Source: Candidatus Heimdallarchaeota archaeon
Lineage (GTDB): Archaea > Asgardarchaeota > Heimdallarchaeia > JABLTI01
NCBI GenBank assembly: GCA_019058275.1
Contig: JAHLVW010000022.1
Coordinates: 1-52,318 of the forward strand
Direction: 5' to 3'
DNA: 52,318 nucleotides
In this document: one piece after another, positions 11,541-21,529 of the stretch
Position numbering within the stretch: position 1 is the first letter of the stretch
How the letters are laid out: the number at the start of each line of letters is the position of its first letter
The notes under the pieces: model-generated
What the model saw: the letters and a program-made list of their open reading frames with translations, nothing else
Databases searched by the model: none
What the model was told of the DNA's origin: nothing
Made by a program: the position numbers and the translations under genes

Positions 11541-12089
11541 TTTAGCCTTTTGAAGTTCAATTCCACCATAGTATGTTGGAGAATTTTTTGGAGCTTTGCC
11601 TTTCAGATGCTTTTTATAGTAAGCATAAGTTAATGGTTCACCATCACTAAGGATTTTTCCACCAACAACTTTAGCAATGAAGAGTGTATGAGTTCCACAA
11701 TCAACAGATTCCTTTACAACTGCTTCTAGATATCCTAAAGAATAATCATAGATGATAGGCATGCCAGTAATGAATTTTTCATATTTGAGTGGGTCTTTGA
11801 ATTTATCAAAATCCTTTCCTAATTTAAAACCGAATCGACCAATAAACTTCAAAGGAGTTTCTGTTGAAAGACCAGATGCAGTGAAGACTTTACTTTTCAT
11901 AATAAATTCATGAGTGTAATTATCTTTACAGATGCTCACAGCAATCATCTGTGGATTTGATGATATCTGAAAAATTGTGTTAACAATTAAAGCATTATAT
12001 TTCCCTTTCATTCGAGAACAAAGGATAAACAACCCATAGCTAATCAATCGAATGCTGTCAGAGTTCTTCTGCCATATTTCCTCATCCAA
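11535..12089 (-). CDS. Flavin reductase family protein (split-barrel FMN-binding)
   Basis: ISYGLFI, FQISSNP, NYTHE, FG.K.G...DKF, DCGTHTLFIAKV, PLTY.YY. Confidence 0.88.
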   Translation of the reverse strand: MDEEIWQKNSDSIRLISYGLFILCSRMKGKYNALIVNTIFQISSNPQMIAVSICKDNYTHEFIMKSKVFTASGLSTETPLKFIGRFGFKLGKDFDKFKDPLKYEKFITGMPIIYDYSLGYLEAVVKESVDCGTHTLFIAKVVGGKILSDGEPLTYAYYKKHLKGKAPKNSPTYYGGIELQKAKS

Positions 12090-12176
12090 ATTCTTCTTTC
12101 TTGTAATATCAATTATATGTTATCTCACAACTAAACATTAAAGAATTCTGCTAACTACTCAAAACCCCCTTTATCT

Positions 12177-13979
12177 ATGAGTAATACTAAACTATTAGTA
12201 GTAAGATATTTGTCTATTCGGAAGGGAGTGATTGTAACGCCCTCATTAAAGTACACAGTTTCTCTACTCAAAAAATACATGAATCCCTACCTTCCTCAGG
12301 TTATGCTCCTAGCTGTGCTGTTATTAATCCTCAGTGGCATAGACATTCTTAATCCTCAAATCATTCGTTACTATATCGAAGCAGTCAACGAACCAGTATT
12401 AAATACCAGACTTATACTAATAGCTTCAATAGTGTACATTATCGTAAATCTAATTCATAGAGTATTATTTGTAATAATAAGATGGATAAGTCAAAATTTA
12501 GCTTGGTCAACAACAAATGATTTACGTATTGATCTAACAAGACACTGTATTAATCTTGATATGAAGTTTCACAATCAGAGAAAAACAGGGGAAATGATTG
12601 AGCGAATTGATGGTGATGCTTCAACTCTCTCAGAATTTTTCAGCACATTCATTATCCATTTTTTAGGTAGTTTCTTACTATTAGCTGGAATTTTAATTGC
12701 AGTTTTTATTGAGAGCTGGATATATGGGTTAATCTTTTTAGGATTTACGATTATTGCTCTGGTAGCTTTGTATTTAGTCAGAAAGGTTGCTTCACCACTT
12801 TGGAAAAAAGTACGAGAATCAACTACTGCCCTTTTTGGAGTAATAGAAGAAAATATCTCTGGGTTTGAGGATATTCGAGCAAATGGCGCAGATGAGTTCT
12901 TAATGAGACGATTTCATGAAAGCGCTCAAACAGATTTCAGAAATAAAAGCAAAGCAATGATTGTTTCAAGGGTTTATTATGCAGTGAACATCCTAATGGG
13001 TGCATTACTCAATATAGGAATTTTAGTAGCGAGTTACTTTCTAGCAGATCGTCTTGGAATAGATGGCGGAGTATTGTTTTTGCTCCTTTCCTATGGAAAT
13101 AACATATTAAGACCACTACGATTAATACTGTGGCAACTAGAACAAATGCAAAATTCGTTAGCGAATATTGATAGAATTAAAGAATGGTTTGATATTAAAT
13201 CAGAAATTACTGATGAGGGTAATTTACTATTCCCAGATGAAGACATAAATCTTGAATTTGATACCCTGGATTTTGGCTATTCTGAGGAATTAGTTCTAAA
13301 GAACATCAATTTCAATATTGAGCCTGGAAAGAAACTAGGGTTGGTTGGTCGAACAGGGAGTGGAAAAACAACCATAGCAAGATTGATTTTTAGATTATAT
13401 GATCCAAACAATGGAAAAATCAAAATAAATGGACTAAACTCAAAGAAATTCCCATTAAGTGAACTTAGGAAAAACGTTGCTTATGTTACCCAAGAAGTAG
13501 AGCTGTTTAAAGCATCAATAAAAGATAATATTACCTTTTTCGATTACGATATGACAGATGAACAAGTACTTCGTGTATTAGAAGATTTAGGACTAAAGAA
13601 ATGGTATGATCAATTGCCAAAAGGTTTGGAAACGGTAATCTTTTCAGAAGATCTCGGGTTATCAGCTGGTGAAGAACAACTCTTGGCTTTAACTCGAGCA
13701 TTTCTTAAGAATCCCAAACTAGTCATTCTAGACGAAGCATCATCAAGGTTAGATCCTGCAACTGAAAAACAAGTTGATTTAGCTTTGGAAAAATTGCTGG
13801 AAGGAAGAAGTGCAATAATTATTGCTCATAGATTAGCAACCTTGCAGAAAGTTGATGACATTCTAATTTTAGAGAAGGGAGAAATTGTTGAATATGGTTC
13901 CAGAGCAGAGCTAGTCAAGAATCCAAACTCTCATTTCTCGAAATTGTTACAGCAAGGAATACAGGAGGTCTTGACTTGA
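12177..13979 (+). CDS. ABC exporter, TMD+NBD subunit A (heterodimer)
   Basis: TM domain, Walker A GRTGSGKT, degenerate signature LSAGE, Walker B ILDEA, IAHR. Confidence 0.95.
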   Translation: MSNTKLLVVRYLSIRKGVIVTPSLKYTVSLLKKYMNPYLPQVMLLAVLLLILSGIDILNPQIIRYYIEAVNEPVLNTRLILIASIVYIIVNLIHRVLFVIIRWISQNLAWSTTNDLRIDLTRHCINLDMKFHNQRKTGEMIERIDGDASTLSEFFSTFIIHFLGSFLLLAGILIAVFIESWIYGLIFLGFTIIALVALYLVRKVASPLWKKVRESTTALFGVIEENISGFEDIRANGADEFLMRRFHESAQTDFRNKSKAMIVSRVYYAVNILMGALLNIGILVASYFLADRLGIDGGVLFLLLSYGNNILRPLRLILWQLEQMQNSLANIDRIKEWFDIKSEITDEGNLLFPDEDINLEFDTLDFGYSEELVLKNINFNIEPGKKLGLVGRTGSGKTTIARLIFRLYDPNNGKIKINGLNSKKFPLSELRKNVAYVTQEVELFKASIKDNITFFDYDMTDEQVLRVLEDLGLKKWYDQLPKGLETVIFSEDLGLSAGEEQLLALTRAFLKNPKLVILDEASSRLDPATEKQVDLALEKLLEGRSAIIIAHRLATLQKVDDILILEKGEIVEYGSRAELVKNPNSHFSKLLQQGIQEVLT

Positions 13980-15772
13980 AAGTTTGGAACCAAGCAGGTA
14001 AACTAATCAGATTTAGAATAGGTTACTTTATTGGAACCTTCATTTCGACCTTATTATGGTTGCTTGGTAGATTTGGTATTAGTTTTGGTGTTCAAGAAAT
14101 AATTGATACTCTAATTGGAGAAGATACTTTCTTCAGTCTAGACATTAAGACATTATTCATTATAATACCTTTTACATTCCTAGCGACATTTCTATTTGGA
14201 TCATTGTTAGATATCCTCTTCTGGTTGTTCTACATTTCAGGCCAAGTGTTGCTTAGAAGAAACATTATGAGAGGATTACTTAGAAAACCGGGTGCTCAAG
14301 CACTCCCAGATACTTCTGGAGAGGCAATCTCGAGATTTAGAGGCGATGTCGATAATGCAGTAAGGTTGTCTTATACGCTGTCAATAAGATTTGGTTTTGT
14401 TGTTTATACTGGAATAACTCTAAGCTATATGTTTTACATAAGCTGGAAAGCAACAAGTCTGATATTCGTACCATTTATGCTTATATTAGCAGTAGGATTA
14501 ACAGCTAGAAGACGAATTGATAAATTAAGGAAGAAGCGAAGAAGAGCTACTGCAGAAGTAACAGATACTCTTGGGAAAATATTCGGATCAATTCAAACAT
14601 TCAAAGTTACTTGTAAAGAAGAGAATATCTTGAACTATTTTGATACTAAATGCCAAACAAGAAAGAAAGCAATTGTAAAAGAAATGGTATTCATTGCGAT
14701 TATTGATTCAATATATCTATTTTCAATATCTCTAGGAATGGGAACAATCCTCTTGCTAATAGGACCAGCTATGAATATTGGAACATTTACAGTTGGTAAT
14801 CTATACTTCTTTCAAACACAGTTGTGGTGGATAGGTGATTTCTTGTGGATGTTGGGAGATATGATACCAGTATACCAGCAAGCAAAAGTATCCTATGAAC
14901 GAATGCTAAAGCTAATTCAAAACCAAGAAGAAACAGTTAATGCTGAAGAAATCGTTGAATCAGGACCAATATATGAATGGATAGATTATCCTCCGTATCA
15001 ACCGATCCTTCGATCGGAAAAAGATAAGATAGCTCTCTTATCAGCTAAGAATTTATCATTTAGCTATCCTGGAACTGATAAGGGAATTTCAGATATTGAC
15101 ATTGAAATCCCTCGAGGTTCTGTTACTGTAGTAACAGGAAGAATAGGTTCAGGAAAAACAACATTACTCAGAGCAATTTTAGGATTAGTCCAAAAAGATC
15201 AAGGAGATATTACTTGGAATGGTGAATTAGTCACAGATCCAGATCAATTTATGATTCCTCCTAGAGCAGCATATACACCACAAATACCTTACTTGTTCAG
15301 TGATTCACTGAAAAACAATATCATGCTTAATATTTTAGAAGAAACTGCTGATATAGATAAGGCAGTGGAGTTAGCAGTTTTTGAACGGGAAGTTAATGGT
15401 TTTGTAGAAAACTATGACACAATCGTTGGACCGAAAGGAGTAAGGCTTTCCGGAGGACAAAAGCAACGATTAGCTGCTGCTAGAATGTTCATTCGAAAAC
15501 CTGAACTACTTGTGTTTGATGATTTATCAAGTGCACTTGATGTCGAAACAGAGCACAAACTTTGGGAACGAATGTTCTCAAGTGGTGCAGAAATCACTTG
15601 TTTAGCTGTTTCTCACCGTCCTATGGCACTTAAGAGAGCAGACATTGTTATAGTTCTAAAGAATGGTAAAATAGACGCTCAAGGCAGACTTCAAGATTTA
15701 CTTAGAACAAACGAGGAAATGCAAAAACTGTGGGAAGGAGATTTAGAAGATAATAACAGTGAAGAAAAATAG
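13976..15772 (+). CDS. ABC exporter, TMD+NBD subunit B (heterodimer)
   Basis: 4-nt overlap with subunit A, SD AGGAGG, GRIGSGKT, LSGGQ, Walker B FDD (catalytic E to D), consistent with one degenerate ATP site. Confidence 0.95.
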   Translation: MKVWNQAGKLIRFRIGYFIGTFISTLLWLLGRFGISFGVQEIIDTLIGEDTFFSLDIKTLFIIIPFTFLATFLFGSLLDILFWLFYISGQVLLRRNIMRGLLRKPGAQALPDTSGEAISRFRGDVDNAVRLSYTLSIRFGFVVYTGITLSYMFYISWKATSLIFVPFMLILAVGLTARRRIDKLRKKRRRATAEVTDTLGKIFGSIQTFKVTCKEENILNYFDTKCQTRKKAIVKEMVFIAIIDSIYLFSISLGMGTILLLIGPAMNIGTFTVGNLYFFQTQLWWIGDFLWMLGDMIPVYQQAKVSYERMLKLIQNQEETVNAEEIVESGPIYEWIDYPPYQPILRSEKDKIALLSAKNLSFSYPGTDKGISDIDIEIPRGSVTVVTGRIGSGKTTLLRAILGLVQKDQGDITWNGELVTDPDQFMIPPRAAYTPQIPYLFSDSLKNNIMLNILEETADIDKAVELAVFEREVNGFVENYDTIVGPKGVRLSGGQKQRLAAARMFIRKPELLVFDDLSSALDVETEHKLWERMFSSGAEITCLAVSHRPMALKRADIVIVLKNGKIDAQGRLQDLLRTNEEMQKLWEGDLEDNNSEEK

Positions 15773-15821
15773 TTTTGATTAAATAAATACCTAAACATAT
15801 TATTGTCGAAGCACTCTAAGC

Positions 15822-15873
15822 TAGATATAAATAGTCATTCACTTTTTTTCATATACAGAACAAGCTTTGCTTG
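15822..15873 (+). promoter_or_regulatory. TATA-like TAGATATAAATAG plus palindrome CAAGC-N3-GCTTG upstream of degV-1
   Basis: Both motifs recur at 17772-17822 with near-identical spacing to the ATG (91 vs 90 nt). Confidence 0.65.
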
Positions 15874-15912
15874 ATTTCTAACTATTACTATCTATATGGA
15901 GCTTTACGCTAT

Positions 15913-16806
15913 ATGAACAAAGTAGCTATAGTAACCGATGGTGTTTGTGACATTTCACAAGCAATGATCGATGAATATGATATTACTTCTGCACCTTTTC
16001 GAATTTTTTTTGGTGATGAGGTGTATAGAACCTGGTATAATGAAAAAAGCACGATAAGTTTGGAAGAATTTTGTTCTAAACTCGCTACAACTACAAAGGA
16101 TAATTTTCCTAAAACTTCTATTCCTTCTCCTGGTGAAATTGCCTTAGCGTACGAAGAAGCACTTAAAAAAGCTGACTCAATAATTGGCATATTTTTAAGT
16201 GCAGCAATGTCTGGGATAGTTCAAGCTGCTCAAAATGCTGCTAAAACTATATTTCCTGATAAAGATATAACTATCTTTGACTCAAAACACACAATGTCAG
16301 GTACAGGTATCCAAGCTCTTGAAGCAGCTAAAATGGCAAAAGCAGGAAAAAGCAAAGAGGAAATCCTTGCTAGACTGAAATCACTTAATCCTCGAGTACG
16401 AACTATATTTGTTATGAATGATTTGAATTACTTGTACAAAGGAGGAAGGATTGGTCGAGCTAAGAAATTGCTAGGCTCTGCATTTAATGTTATACCAACA
16501 GTTCACATGCAAGATGGAATAATTAACCCACTAAAGGCATTTAAAGGAAATAATGCTCTTTCAGAAAACCTAAATGCTTTTTGTGCAAAAATTATGGACC
16601 AATGTGAAACAAATGATGTTATTATAACACACATTAATCACCACGAAATTACTCAAAAAATGTACAAAACGATGAAAGAAACAAACAGCAATGGTGTAAA
16701 TATACATTATTCTGAAGCAAGCCCTATTATGGGAGTCTATACAGGTCCTAAATCAATATGTATAAGCTATATTGGTAACTTTGACAAAAGTTGGTTGATG
16801 AAGTAA
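15913..16806 (+). CDS. DegV/FakB family fatty-acid-binding protein (copy 1)
   Basis: KVAIVTD, PKTS.PSPGE, LS..MSG, DSK, YLYKGGRIG, G.YTGP. Start set at MNKV by comparison with copy 2. Confidence 0.93.
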   Translation: MNKVAIVTDGVCDISQAMIDEYDITSAPFRIFFGDEVYRTWYNEKSTISLEEFCSKLATTTKDNFPKTSIPSPGEIALAYEEALKKADSIIGIFLSAAMSGIVQAAQNAAKTIFPDKDITIFDSKHTMSGTGIQALEAAKMAKAGKSKEEILARLKSLNPRVRTIFVMNDLNYLYKGGRIGRAKKLLGSAFNVIPTVHMQDGIINPLKAFKGNNALSENLNAFCAKIMDQCETNDVIITHINHHEITQKMYKTMKETNSNGVNIHYSEASPIMGVYTGPKSICISYIGNFDKSWLMK

Positions 16807-16892
16807 TCTATAGAATCATCGACAATCTCAAAAATTGAGTAGGTAAAGAAGTCAATATTTAGAGTTAACACTCCAAATTTCTTTAACCTACT

Positions 16893-17603
16893 TCAGCTAT
16901 TTTTTGTAAACCAATTAGTTGAACCAATGCTTGACTTAGTGAAGATATTTTTCAACACTGATGAAAACAATGCCAAAACCATTACTGCAACTAATAACCC
17001 TTGTGTTAAATGGACAAAACCATTTATTCCTAATACCCAATCTGAATGAATACCACCCCAAGGAGGGCAAAATGGAATAAATAAAGCTGCGGGTATACTC
17101 AATAGAACGCCAATTGCACCTGATACTCTGCCTGATTTCTTAAACAATCCTGCAGGTATAATGAGACCAATCCCACATGCCATGTAGACTAGTGGATTCA
17201 TATACAATAAAGCACCCATGAAAACACCCATTCCTTGCCCACCTTTAAATCCTAACCAAATGGGGTAGTTATGACCTAAGATAGCGAGAGCCGGTCCTGA
17301 AATAGACATGATTGTGTATAATGGATTTCTACCATCTAAAGACACAAAATGTGGAAGTGAATAGATCTTATCAATTAAGAAAATTGTAAGGGAACCTTTG
17401 AAAATATCAAGTAGCATGATTGGCAAACCTATTGCAACACCAAAAGTCTTGATGGAATTAACTGCACCTGGATTGCCAGTATTATGCTCACGTAAATCTA
17501 TACCTTTAGCTAAACGTCCTATCCAAACAGAAAAAGGTATAGAGCCAAATAAATATGACCCTAAACAAGTTAGAGTAATCCATAATATGTCTATAGCTTG
17601 CAT
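16893..17603 (-). CDS. PlsY-like (acyl-phosphate:G3P acyltransferase family) membrane protein, divergent (copy 1)
   Basis: YLFGSIP, DLR...TGNPGAVN, DIFKG, GHNYP...FKGGQG; motif-3 His not evident. Confidence 0.88.
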   Translation of the reverse strand: MQAIDILWITLTCLGSYLFGSIPFSVWIGRLAKGIDLREHNTGNPGAVNSIKTFGVAIGLPIMLLDIFKGSLTIFLIDKIYSLPHFVSLDGRNPLYTIMSISGPALAILGHNYPIWLGFKGGQGMGVFMGALLYMNPLVYMACGIGLIIPAGLFKKSGRVSGAIGVLLSIPAALFIPFCPPWGGIHSDWVLGINGFVHLTQGLLVAVMVLALFSSVLKNIFTKSSIGSTNWFTKNS

Positions 17604-17771
17604 ATTTATCAAATCGTTAGAAATTGGTGAAATATAATTTTAGATTAATCACTTCATAATTTGTTTCCTTTTATTTCTTACTCATGTAATCACTAAGTGA
17701 ATCATTCGCTCATTTTCAGCACCTTTACTAAAACACTTATTTATACATAATGTTGTTGAAGCGTTATGAGT

Positions 17772-17822
17772 TAGATATAAATAGGTACCTACATTCTACT
17801 TATTCAGAACAAGCTTAGCTTG
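17772..17822 (+). promoter_or_regulatory. TATA-like TAGATATAAATAG plus palindrome CAAGC-N3-GCTTG upstream of degV-2
   Basis: Conserved with 15822-15873. Confidence 0.65.
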
Positions 17823-17861
17823 ATTTCCAACTATTAGAATCTATATGGTGTTTTATTTGCT

Positions 17862-18755
17862 ATGAGAAAAGTAGCTATTGTAACTGATGGTGTTTGTGAT
17901 CTCTCGCAAGCAATTATCGATGAATATGAAATATCAACTATACCCTATCGTATTTTTTTTGGTAATGAGGTATATAGAATTTGGCATAACGAAAAGAGCA
18001 CGTTAAGTGTAGATGAGTTTGTTGCCAAGTTAGCAAAGTCCACAAAAGAAACATTTCCAAAAACTTCTATGCCTTCTCCTGGTGAAATTGCAGGAGTTTT
18101 TGATGAAGCATTAAAGATAGCTGATACCTTAATTGTCATTCTTTTAAGTACAGGATTATCAGGTGTTGTTCAGGTAGCTCGAACTGTAGCTAATACTAAA
18201 TATCCTGATAAAGATATTACGATCTTTGATTCCAAACATACAATGGTTGGTACAGGTATCCAAGCTTTAGAAGCAGCAAAAATGGCCAAAGAAGGAAAAA
18301 GTAAGGAAGAAATTCTTAATAGACTAGAATCAATCAATCCAAGAGTTAGAACTATTTTAGTCATGAATGATTTGGATTACTTGTATAAAGGTGGACGAAT
18401 AGGTCGAGCTAAAAAACTAATGGGTTTAGCTTTTAATGTTATACCAGTTGTTCAACTGAAGGATGCGGTTATTACTCCTGTTGGATCATTTAAAGGAAAC
18501 AAAAAACTAACAGAAGGATTGAAAACTTTCGGTAAAAAAATCCTTGAACATTGTGAAACAAATGATGTTTTTATAACTCATATTAATCATCATGAAACAG
18601 CTCAAGAAGTCTATAATGTAATGAATGAGAACAATAGTAATGGCATTCAAATCCACTATGGTTTAGCTGGCTCAATTTTAGGTGTCTATACTGGTCCAAA
18701 AACAATTTGCATTAGTTATATTGGCAATTGGGATGAGAAGTGGTTATTTAAGTAA
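17862..18755 (+). CDS. DegV/FakB family fatty-acid-binding protein (copy 2)
   Basis: Same motifs as copy 1; colinear paralogue. Confidence 0.93.
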   Translation: MRKVAIVTDGVCDLSQAIIDEYEISTIPYRIFFGNEVYRIWHNEKSTLSVDEFVAKLAKSTKETFPKTSMPSPGEIAGVFDEALKIADTLIVILLSTGLSGVVQVARTVANTKYPDKDITIFDSKHTMVGTGIQALEAAKMAKEGKSKEEILNRLESINPRVRTILVMNDLDYLYKGGRIGRAKKLMGLAFNVIPVVQLKDAVITPVGSFKGNKKLTEGLKTFGKKILEHCETNDVFITHINHHETAQEVYNVMNENNSNGIQIHYGLAGSILGVYTGPKTICISYIGNWDEKWLFK

Positions 18756-18778
18756 TCAGTAGGTAAAAATTAAATGTG

Positions 18779-18794
18779 AGGAGTAAAGACTCCT
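18779..18794. terminator. Short hairpin AGGAGT-AAAG-ACTCCT between convergent degV-2 and plsY-2
   Basis: 6-bp inverted repeat in a 44-nt convergent gap. Confidence 0.4.
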
Positions 18795-18799
18795 TATAT

Positions 18800-19507
18800 T
18801 TAACCTACTTCTGTCATTTTTTCTATACCGATCTTTGATTTAACGATTACATTTTTTAGCATTGAAGAAAGTAACACTAAACTCATTGCTAAAACAACTA
18901 GACCTTGAGTAACATAGAGAAAACCACTTCCACCTGCTACCCAATCGTTAAGGATGTGAGCCCATGGAGGTGCAAGAGGGAGGAAGAGTCCATCTGGTAT
19001 ACATAATATAACGACAATTAGACCAGCAATTCTATTTGATAATTTCAAAACAGCAACAAGTAAAATATATGTAATTGCATAGAAAGCAAAGACAATAGGA
19101 TTCACATAAAACAATGCTCCCATAAAAACTGACAATCCTTGCCCACCACTAAAATTTATGTATATAGAATAATTATGACCTAATATAGCTAGAGCTGGTC
19201 CAATAATACACATACTTGTAAAAAAGAGGTTTGATCCATTTTCATTTACAAAATATGGTCGTGAGTAAATTTGGTCAATGACTAGAATTGTTATAAATCC
19301 TTTAAGGATATCAAGAAATAAAGCGGTTAAGCCTATTGGTAGACCAAAGGTTCTGATAGCATTAAATCCTCCGGGATTTCCAGTGTGATGTTTCCTGAGA
19401 TCATCACCTTTGAATAATCGACCAAACAAAACTGTGAAAGGTATTGATCCTATTAGATAGGAACCAATACAAGTTAAACTAATCCATAAAATATTGATTG
19501 CTGACAT
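18800..19507 (-). CDS. PlsY-like membrane protein, divergent (copy 2)
   Basis: YLIGSIP, DLR..HTGNPGGFNAIR, DILKG, GHNYS...FSGGQG. Confidence 0.88.
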   Translation of the reverse strand: MSAINILWISLTCIGSYLIGSIPFTVLFGRLFKGDDLRKHHTGNPGGFNAIRTFGLPIGLTALFLDILKGFITILVIDQIYSRPYFVNENGSNLFFTSMCIIGPALAILGHNYSIYINFSGGQGLSVFMGALFYVNPIVFAFYAITYILLVAVLKLSNRIAGLIVVILCIPDGLFLPLAPPWAHILNDWVAGGSGFLYVTQGLVVLAMSLVLLSSMLKNVIVKSKIGIEKMTEVG

Positions 19508-19721
19508 AGTTATGAACCTGAATAGTTAACAAGAGTTTAATAATATGTTTTAATTAAAGTCTTCTGATTCTTAATATTTCTGTGATTTGCCCATTTTTTT
19601 ATGAAAAAAAACCCTTGTTCTCAAATTGCTAATTAAATAAAAGATCAAACATTACCTCAAAAGAATGTAGTATGATTGCATTAAAGACATTAGCTGGTTC
19701 AATCACCATCACATATTTCTG

Positions 19722-20220
19722 TTGGTTAGGACTTTAGCAAAATACTCCTACCAAATTGAACTAATTTACGAGCTGAAATTAGCCATGGAAGATGATAACA
19801 ATATTTTTCTCTCTGCAGTACTATATCAAAGCGATAATTCTGCAGCACCATTGGAAATGCGATTTCTCAAATGCTATTATCTTACCAATTATTACGACCA
19901 AGAAGCAGATGAGCTATAAGTGTTTTTAACAGGAAAATATAGTCATTCTGCTAAACTCATAGGTCTCATCCTTTGAAAAGCAGGAATAGAAATCTATGCG
20001 AGTGATACACTTGAGTTTTATAACTTACAGTAGCTAGTTGAAAATGGGTGTAAGTAAACCTTACAACTCGTTTAGTTCTTTTTATAGAAAAGGTAATGAG
20101 AGAGATATGAGACCAAATAATGATTGACGAATATTTCGACTTTTATGAAGGAGGCAAAGCAATTTTGCAATATATAACTAATGTATTAGGGTTAGACTTT
20201 AAAGAACTCTGGTTACATAA
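19722..20220 (+). pseudogene. Degraded gene remnant of unknown family
   Basis: Protein-like reading continues past several stops (…EADEL*VFLTGKYSHSAKLIGLIL*KAGIEIYA…). Confidence 0.35.
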
Positions 20221-20410
20221 CTTACAAAAAACGATTATTCTTTTAATCAAAATTCTTTTCCTCCCATATTTGAAAAACAATTAACAAAGAGGTTTAGAAA
20301 TAATAAGGATTTTTATCGAAAAATCAGTCTATTTTTTCTCGATTTCATTGGTTTAGGAGATGCAAAGGTATTAATCTACCGATGTGAAATAGCTCTTAAG
20401 CAGGAGTGTC

Positions 20411-21469
20411 ATGCTACTGGTAGGTAGAAGACAAGCAATAAAGAGTCGATTAAAGAAACTAACAATAAGCATTACTTGTATTGATGAACGAATAGCTCCT
20501 CGACCTCAGTTTTTGTCTTTTCGAGTACCTGGTGCTAGTATTTTCCCCCGTGATGATGAATCTTCATTTATTCTTGCAGCAATTCTGTTCTTTGTTGAAG
20601 TTATGAAGCATTTTGATACTATTCGGTTGGTTGTAGCTGATCATGGAACACTAGGAAATCAAGGATATACAGGATGTGGAATGATGAGCATAGAAAAAAT
20701 CCTCCCACAAATAAAAAAGGAGTTACTAGAAGAAAACAATCTAACACTAGAGCAAATTGATTATTATCTTAGTAGACTAACTCTTTATGATCTAAACAAC
20801 CTTGGTGGTATAGGACAGCACGCTAATTGGGAAATAAAGCAACTGGAAAAATTACAGAAGATATTTGCTTTTGAAACTCGTTTGGGGCAAATACTGCCCA
20901 ACGATGAAGCAAGAGAACAAATACCAAATGAAAGATTAGTAATAACTCAACCATACATTAGTCAAGAAGGATTGTTAGCTAATACTGATGAACAAGGGAG
21001 ATTATTTGATGGGAGCACAAACATTCAATCAACTGTTGGCATGTCAATTGTTCAACTAGACAGTAATCTGATTAATGGTTTGTTAATTTTCAGCTACAGA
21101 AAGGGAGAAACAGTAAAAGAAGTATTAGTTTTAGAACCAAGTATTGACCTATTTGACCAGTCAAATAATAGAGTTCTGATACAAAAGATACAACAAATGT
21201 TAGACTACAAAATTCAACGAATAAGCAAAAGTATAGCTAATGTTGTTAACATGTCAACAGAACAATGTTATGCTTATTTGCAATCTATAAAGGATGGAGC
21301 CAATACTAGCTTATATGGTTCAGAAACAGAGCAATTAAGAAGAGCTCAGAAACTCGCAAAAGAAATCAAAGCAACTTGCATCTTGCCAAAGAATATGTCA
21401 ATCAAATATGGTCTAATAAAAATGAATGGTAAAATAATCAAAGAAACTGTGAGGATGCTAGAACAATAA
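20411..21469 (+). CDS. Protein with zeta/beta carbonic-anhydrase-like metal-binding motif
   Basis: CIDER, RVPGA, DH-x9-GCG (Cys/His/Cys triad); SD AGGAG. Confidence 0.55.
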   Translation: MLLVGRRQAIKSRLKKLTISITCIDERIAPRPQFLSFRVPGASIFPRDDESSFILAAILFFVEVMKHFDTIRLVVADHGTLGNQGYTGCGMMSIEKILPQIKKELLEENNLTLEQIDYYLSRLTLYDLNNLGGIGQHANWEIKQLEKLQKIFAFETRLGQILPNDEAREQIPNERLVITQPYISQEGLLANTDEQGRLFDGSTNIQSTVGMSIVQLDSNLINGLLIFSYRKGETVKEVLVLEPSIDLFDQSNNRVLIQKIQQMLDYKIQRISKSIANVVNMSTEQCYAYLQSIKDGANTSLYGSETEQLRRAQKLAKEIKATCILPKNMSIKYGLIKMNGKIIKETVRMLEQ

Positions 21470-21529
21470 AGAATAACATCTTTGAAATGAAAGATTAAAT
21501 TGTTTTCTGAGCACTTTTTTTATAACTTC

